DNA of 58,018 nt from Chara braunii (Eukaryota; Plantae; Charophyceae), in the NCBI GenBank assembly GCA_003427395.1, contig BFEA01000031.1, positions 4,128,969 through 4,186,986 on the forward strand, given 5' to 3'. Below, piece by piece: positions 51,701 through 58,018 of this stretch. Within the stretch, counting starts at the first letter, position 1, and each line of letters opens with the position of its first letter. Below the pieces are notes generated by a model. That model was not told where the DNA came from, did not search any database, and saw only the letters and a program-made list of their open reading frames with translations. Made by a program: the position numbers and the translations under genes.

Positions 51701-54360
51701 CTCGAGCTGGATATGGTGCTGGATACCACGCATGGGAGGAATGCTGCTGTAGGAGACGGATGGTGGGAAAACATCGTGATACTCACGAAGGAGGGCATTA
51801 ACTCTAGGCAGCAAGGAAGAAAGAAGGATGTCAAATTCCTTGGCAGCGGCAGCGTCTGAAGCAGAGGTGGAGGGGGTCTGTATGGGTGTAGGGACTGAGG
51901 GTGTATCAGTGGTAAGGGAAGCCAGAAAGTGCAGTGGGCTAGGAGGGGTAGAGGAGGTTAAGAAAGTTGAGGAATCAAGAGGGTCGGGGGCTCGGGTGGT
52001 GGTGGGTCGAGCTCGAACAACTCAACGTCCATGGAGTTGCAGGTGAGGAGATCCGTGATGTCAACAACATAAAGTTCTACATCAGGCTCACGAAGGAGGT
52101 GGTGGAACTGGGTAGGTGTACAGATGGTGACATTTACAGGGGGGGGAAGTGTAGGGTTCGATTTGCCCAACAACGGAATACGGTATTGTTTCTCATCCTT
52201 GGCGTCGAGGATAAGATCGTTGTGGGTCCAATCGGGGCCGACATGAGCGAACTGATGGGAATAGGCAGTGCCAAGAACAAGATCATATATGATTTTCATG
52301 ATATCGAGGGTCCACTTGTCATGGAACCGAGGGGCCTTGCGAAGGCTTTGGGGCATCCGCAGGGGGAAGGAGAATGGAAAATCAGGCACCACCGAATCGA
52401 CGAAGGATTTGGCCTGATTGTCGCCAAGCGTGACAGTGACAGTGGAAGGGTAGGGGGAAGTATAGAGGGATGCCTCCTTAACTACGCGAAGATGAATGAA
52501 GTCGCCAGTAGAGACAGAGTCGCATAGCGCGCGGTATACTCTAGTAGAGGACCCGAGGCGCATTGGAATAATCGGTAAGGTGCGATCGGGATTGTGTAGG
52601 CGCTGAGACATCGCAGCCAGATTGCGCTCTTTAAGGCGGATACGTTCCTGACGGACCTTAACACACTCAAGGTCCAGGAAGTCGATGATATCCTCGACTG
52701 CAATAAGGGAAGCACTGCAGCGCGCCGTGTGAAAAACACGCCTAGTAGGAGGACGAGGAGGAGGGGGATCATGAGAGACGCAAGGCGAAGAAGTGGAGGC
52801 ACTGGAGGGTGGGCCAACGACGCTAGAACCGACCAACGATGAAGTCAGATCCGAATCCTCAGAAAGAGCAAGCGGCGCGAAGGTAGAATCGTGGGCGGGT
52901 ATGCCTGCTAATGTGGGAGGATCAGGGGAGCGGGAGATCGCCGCTAGGTGGCTGCGGAGCTGGAGGTCGAGGCGACAGGGTCAGGCTGAGGGCGGGACTG
53001 CTGAACAAAGTGATGTTGGAGAGCGTCGGCGTAGGGGTAGGTGGACGGAGTGTGACCAGGTAGGCGACAACGGGTACATATATCTCATGCACGGAAGTCT
53101 TTACTCTCCCACATAGTCAATCGGGCGCGGGGGAAGACGTAGCCCCATGGGAGGGGCAGTTGTGTGGCGGAAGAACGGGTCCTCTCTGAGGAGGACTGGC
53201 GTTGTCTCAGGATAGCAGAGAAGGCGCAGACGAGGTGCTCGTCCTAGTCGGGGTCGTCGCCATCCACAAGGGACTGGGGGTCATGTTCCTGGTCCGGGTC
53301 GCTATAGGATCCGTCCGAACCAGTACCCTCCTCAGCGCTCGACGACTCGCGGATCATAGTGTGGACACGGCGGAAGAAGGCACGTCCTGGAACTCGGCGG
53401 GGACCGCGACGAGACGTGGAGAAGAGGCGGGGGCGAGATGTGTTAGGGGGGGTGCGGCACCAGGCCCAAATGTGGAGCCCACAAGAGGTGCATAGGTGAG
53501 CTGGATGGCCCTGGCAATGTTGAAGGCCCTGCGAAGGGTATGGACCGTGTATGCCAGCATCTAAAGCTGGAAGGGTTGGGGTAACCCGGCACGGAAACGC
53601 TGGACCAAAGCGTCATCGGCTATGAGGGAGGGGGAGATCTGGGCGCGAACGCGGTGGAATGCGGTGATGTACGACTCTAAGGCATTGTTGCCACCAAGCC
53701 ATCTAATCTCAGCGATCCGTGTGATCGGGTCACGGATAGGCGTTGGGCGAGAGAAGTACTGTTGGAGAAAATCACGAAACTCCGCGTACGTCATACTCGC
53801 GTGAACGCCCTGCTGAGCACGAAGGGCGAGAAAGTCGCGCCAAGTGGAAGTCGCTCGACCGATGAAGCAGGCAGACATCTCCGTAGGCCACAAGTCCATG
53901 TTTACCCCATAGTACCGAAGTTGCTCCTCGGCTGTGGTGATCCAGCCCTGGAATTCAGAGGCCTTGCCATCGAACAGGGGGACTCTGTCGGGGTGGTACC
54001 GAGGTACATAAGGCGGGGGCTGGTAATGAGGAGGGAGGGGGAAGGCACACTGCGACAAGAGGACATAAGAACTAGGGGTACCCGCAGGGGCACTAGGCAA
54101 AGCAGGAAGCTGGGGCAAAGGGCCGTGAGACAATGTGGTGGTCGGTGGAGGAAGGGTAAAGTGCATCGCAGCGGTCTGTGTCTGATGCTGTCGGTAAATG
54201 AAAGGGGCAGCAAGCTGTGCCACGAGGTGGGGAGGCAAGCGTTGACCTCCTTGGAGTTGGCGGATGTGATCATGGGCCAGAGTGAGCTGTCGTTGGAGCT
54301 CGCCATTCAGTGTCCTGGGTGTAGGAGGGGTGGGGGGGGGGGCGAAGGATCGGGGGGTGA
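48770..54360 (-). mobile_element. Decayed Ty3/Gypsy chromovirus gag-pol
   Basis: Gag (PLFDGKASEFQGW), degenerate knuckle CTRCRLPGHTPSTY (~53079-53037), protease ALCDSVST, RT PFGLRNAPATFQ/YIDDILIYS, RNase H TDASG..VLTDN, integrase HDHRAAGHLG..GQTEVTN, chromodomain EYLV*WKGYPDEESTWEP. Many stops and frameshifts; LTRs not identified. Confidence 0.95.
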
Positions 54361-55549
54361 AGAGGGAGGTGTCGTGGAAACTAACGTGGAGGAGGTTAAC
54401 AGAAAAAATGCAGTTTCGGAACATGCAGAATTTTTGTATGATTTGTACTACATTCAACTGTTGAAAATCAGGTTCCCTACATAATTTATGAGGGTATCAT
54501 GTTGAACACATGGGATCCCAATGAAATCTTCCTTTTAAATACACTGGTCATACGGGACAATATCATTTCACTGATGGACCAGCAGTTAGTGATCAGTTGA
54601 AGTTATATTGGAAATTTGTATAAAAACAGCCTCTCCTGTTTAAAAATTGTTGAAAGTCTGTTTACAAACAGTTTACCAACACCGTTCAAAAGTTAAGAAA
54701 AAAAAAATATTCGTCCGCTACAAATAGTCATCACTCTTTATTACAACAAAACTCGCACAATATTGTACTGAGAAGACTCTGTTTTGGTTGCTGCTCGCTT
54801 CCGAAAATTTAGCGGTGAAAAAAATGAATTACATTGTATTTTGTAGTCTACGTATGTTATGGCATGTGTGGGTTTCCCCATGGCTCAGGAACAGGGATGA
54901 TACAGGGGTGATGTCGTCGCCAAGTGTGTGCCAACATACTTTAAACAAAGAGATTGTCAAAGCAACACATGACTCTCACTGATTCTGATAATAATGTTCC
55001 GCAACTACATAACTTTAACTATTTTTGTCTTCAATGCTACGTTGGTCTGCAGGTGCGTATTCATTTTCAATATGACTGCAATATTTTGTATGATATTACA
55101 ACGCACCTGCCGACTACGACGTGTCAAAGGAGTATACATTGCGAACGGATATGCAGTGTCCGTAGAATATAAAATGATTACTAAGAATCCTTCGTACACT
55201 GTTTCACACTCCTTTAGTCATAAAATTGTATTATAATCAATAAATTAAGGTGCGATTGTTGTCCGGTGCATTTAATGAAAGGTTTTTGTCTTTTGCAATT
55301 TATTGTAATTCACAGACACCCTTTACAACAAAGAACAAGGAAGCGGTTGTGAGAGGGTCACATGCAGTGTCACATGTGTACTTGTACGTGTTCAACGTGC
55401 AGTGCCATATGTTGAAAAAAACTGCAGACATCATATTCTCTCAATTTGTGTCATCTTTTTAAAATTTATGTGTATCAAATGTTTTTCAGTATGTGTGTAT
55501 ATGAGTGTGTGTGTGTATGTGTGTGTATTTTTATTGGAAAGGGGCAAAC

Positions 55550-55603
<54 letters not shown>

Positions 55604-56109
55604 ACTCGTTTGTAAAACGAACAATATAATTCATCATCCATCAGTTGCAGTGAAAGACATCATGATGTGAATACAAAACCAACACTATAAAGATGCACGA
55701 GGAGGAGCAAAGTACACTTACAATGTCGATTGTAATGTACAGTTTCATTCTGACAACAAAATAATTGCACCACGATTATCGTTTTGGTGAGGGTGGTCTA
55801 TTTCGAGCACTCCCTAGAACGGGCACTGGTCATAACATATTCTCTACGGAAAAAAAAATAAAATTGAAAATCGTTCTTCAATATCTTATTGACAAAACGA
55901 CAACGGTTTGTACAACTACATTCCTAAACAAAAGATTTAGCATGTTATCGCAGAGTTGTCTCCCTTCCTTACTTGCACAACATCATTTTATGTATAATGT
56001 ACATAAAGTATCTAAGAAGTGGAGACACGAATGAGAAGGCCTCAACAACTGAATGGAAAAGTAGACCAATGAAAGGGGTTTCCAACTGTATTTTTCAGTT
56101 TTTGCCTTG

Positions 56110-56173
<64 letters not shown>

Positions 56174-56203
56174 TCTCTCTTTCTCTCTCTCTCTCTCTCT
56201 CTC

Positions 56204-56241
56204 CTGTCTCTTATACACATCTAGATGTGTATAAGAGACAG
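56204..56241. other. Nextera mate-pair junction adapter (assembly artefact)
   Basis: Exact CTGTCTCTTATACACATCT-AGATGTGTATAAGAGACAG. Confidence 0.99.
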
Positions 56242-58018
56242 GCCTAAGGAACAGGGATAATACAGGGGTGATGTCGTCGCCAAGTGTGTGNNNNNNNNNN
56301 NNNNNNNNNNNNNNNNNNNNNNNNNNNNNNNNNNNNNNNNNNNNNNNNNNNNNNNNNNNNNNNNNNNNNNNNNNNNNNNNNNNNNNNNNNNNNNNNNNNN
56401 NNNNNNNNNNNNNNNNNNNNNNNNNNNNNNNNNNNNNNNNNNNNNNNNNNNNNNNNNNNNNNNNNNNNNNNNNNNNNNNNNNNNNNNNNNNNNNNNNNNN
56501 NNNNNNNNNNNNNNNNNNNNNNNNNNNNNNNNNNNNNNNNNNNNNNNNNNNNNNNNNNNNNNNNNNNNNNNNNNNNNNNNNNNNNNNNNNNNNNNNNNNN
56601 NNNNNNNNNNNNNNNNNNNNNNNNNNNNNNNNNNNNNNNNNNNNNNNNNNNNNNNNNNNNNNNNNNNNNNNNNNNNNNNNNNNNNNNNNNNNNNNNNNNN
56701 NNNNNNNNNNNNNNNNNNNNNNNNNNNNNNNNNNNNNNNNNNNNNNNNNNNNNNNNNNNNNNNNNNNNNNNNNNNNNNNNNNNNNNNNNNNNNNNNNNNN
56801 NNNNNNNNNNNNNNNNNNNNNNNNNNNNNNNNNNNNNNNNNNNNNNNNNNNNNNNNNNNNNNNNNNNNNNNNNNNNNNNNNNNNNNNNNNNNNNNNNNNN
56901 NNNNNNNNNNNNNNNNNNNNNNNNNNNNNNNNNNNNNNNNNNNNNNNNNNNNNNNNATGTTGAAGTTCACACATGTGTCTCGTGCCTCGACGGATGCAAT
57001 AATTTCTCTTTTAATCTCTGTCAACTCCGAGATTTTTTCGTCCACTCGAGTTTTCTTCGCGCATTGCAATACCTCATTTTTTTATTACCATCTCTGGAAA
57101 TGCAAGTTGTTGCAATGAAACACTTGTCCCTTGGCCTTTCCTCGTGTGAAATAACACCCTTGCCACGCAGAGTTCGAACGCCGGATCACCCCATGACTCG
57201 TTTCCCTTCCGACTCCATGTCTTCTTTTCCACACGTCTCCCTCGTTTTTCCATCCTTTGGCTTGTTTTCTCCCTGCCTTGCGCGATTTCAACTATGTGTG
57301 GGTAGCCAATGATGTCATCGTCATTCTCACTCTTCCGACGCAATCTTTTCGCCTTCCGTGGTGCGCTTGGCGTTACTGTTCCCTCCTCTAGCCGACTTAT
57401 ATTCCGCCTCGCCGTTGAAGACGTCCCGTCGATCTTTTTTCTGCCTTTGGTTGTCGACTCCTTCTCCCTGCGAGGAATAGGCAATAACCACATGCGTGGC
57501 CTCAAATGGAAGGTATTGATAACGATGTAATGGTATTTAGTGCACCTCCAGACTCAAAGATAGGACCTGACACATCAGATCCAGACTGGCACACGATTAT
57601 CATCACACATGCCACAGAGAAAGAAGGAGACTCATACATAGAAGAAACGTCTCCGCCAGACGTGGTACTTGAGGGTAAATGGGCCCACATTCCTTAGATG
57701 CTTACCCGGGTCGGCAGGTGCGCTGTCTTTTGACGTACAATTACAAGGTTGTACAAAAGAGAATGACGCACCTGCCGACCACCGTGTAAGGAAGGACTAG
57801 TCCTTGCCAATAGCCGACCGGATGCAAGGCTATGCAAGTGGAGACATGAGAGAAGGTGGGGAGGGGTAAGAAGGTGTTGAGGGGAGAGAAGTACTAGTCT
57901 ACTCTTCCAGCGCTGCTCTTTCACAGTTGTCCGCAAGAGGGCGCTGCTCTAGCAGCGTGACGCCGAAGTAACGCTCCAACCCTAAAGTCCGTGGCCTCAA
58001 GTGGACTGGTCTAGGTGT

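Noticed and set aside
56204-56241. Tn5/IS50 insertion
   Set aside because: Back-to-back mosaic ends are the exact library junction adapter.
56957-57700. Protein-coding gene on the minus strand
   Set aside because: Only short frames broken by stops, with no recognisable domain; possibly a transposon remnant but unsupported.

Overview
Repeat-rich, gapped eukaryotic scaffold. The U1/U2/U6 and 18S sequences are green-plant type; a streptophyte such as Chara is my inference, not established. The one convincing protein gene is an intronless minus-strand ORF of about 1,640 aa (35119->30099), split only by a 45-N gap with duplicated flanks. It joins a stonustoxin-like MACPF/CDC-type N-terminus to a Cys-rich module, a TRAFAC (septin/AIG1-like) GTPase, a second Cys/His module and a coiled coil. 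Two apparently intact U1 snRNA genes with a shared TATA promoter face each other (4243+, 11923-). There are many retrocopies of structural RNAs (U2 x2-3, U6 x3, the 18S 3' end) and a tRNA-headed SINE. An unassigned structured poly(A)-tailed repeat starts TGGGACGCTGGA, and one of its variants has HDV-ribozyme-like topology. The rest is a decayed chromovirus Gypsy element, L1/Tx1 fragments, a 2.46-kb solo LTR, at least five MITE families (often nested), microsatellites and an untrimmed Nextera mate-pair adapter. All calls are by eye; no searches were run.
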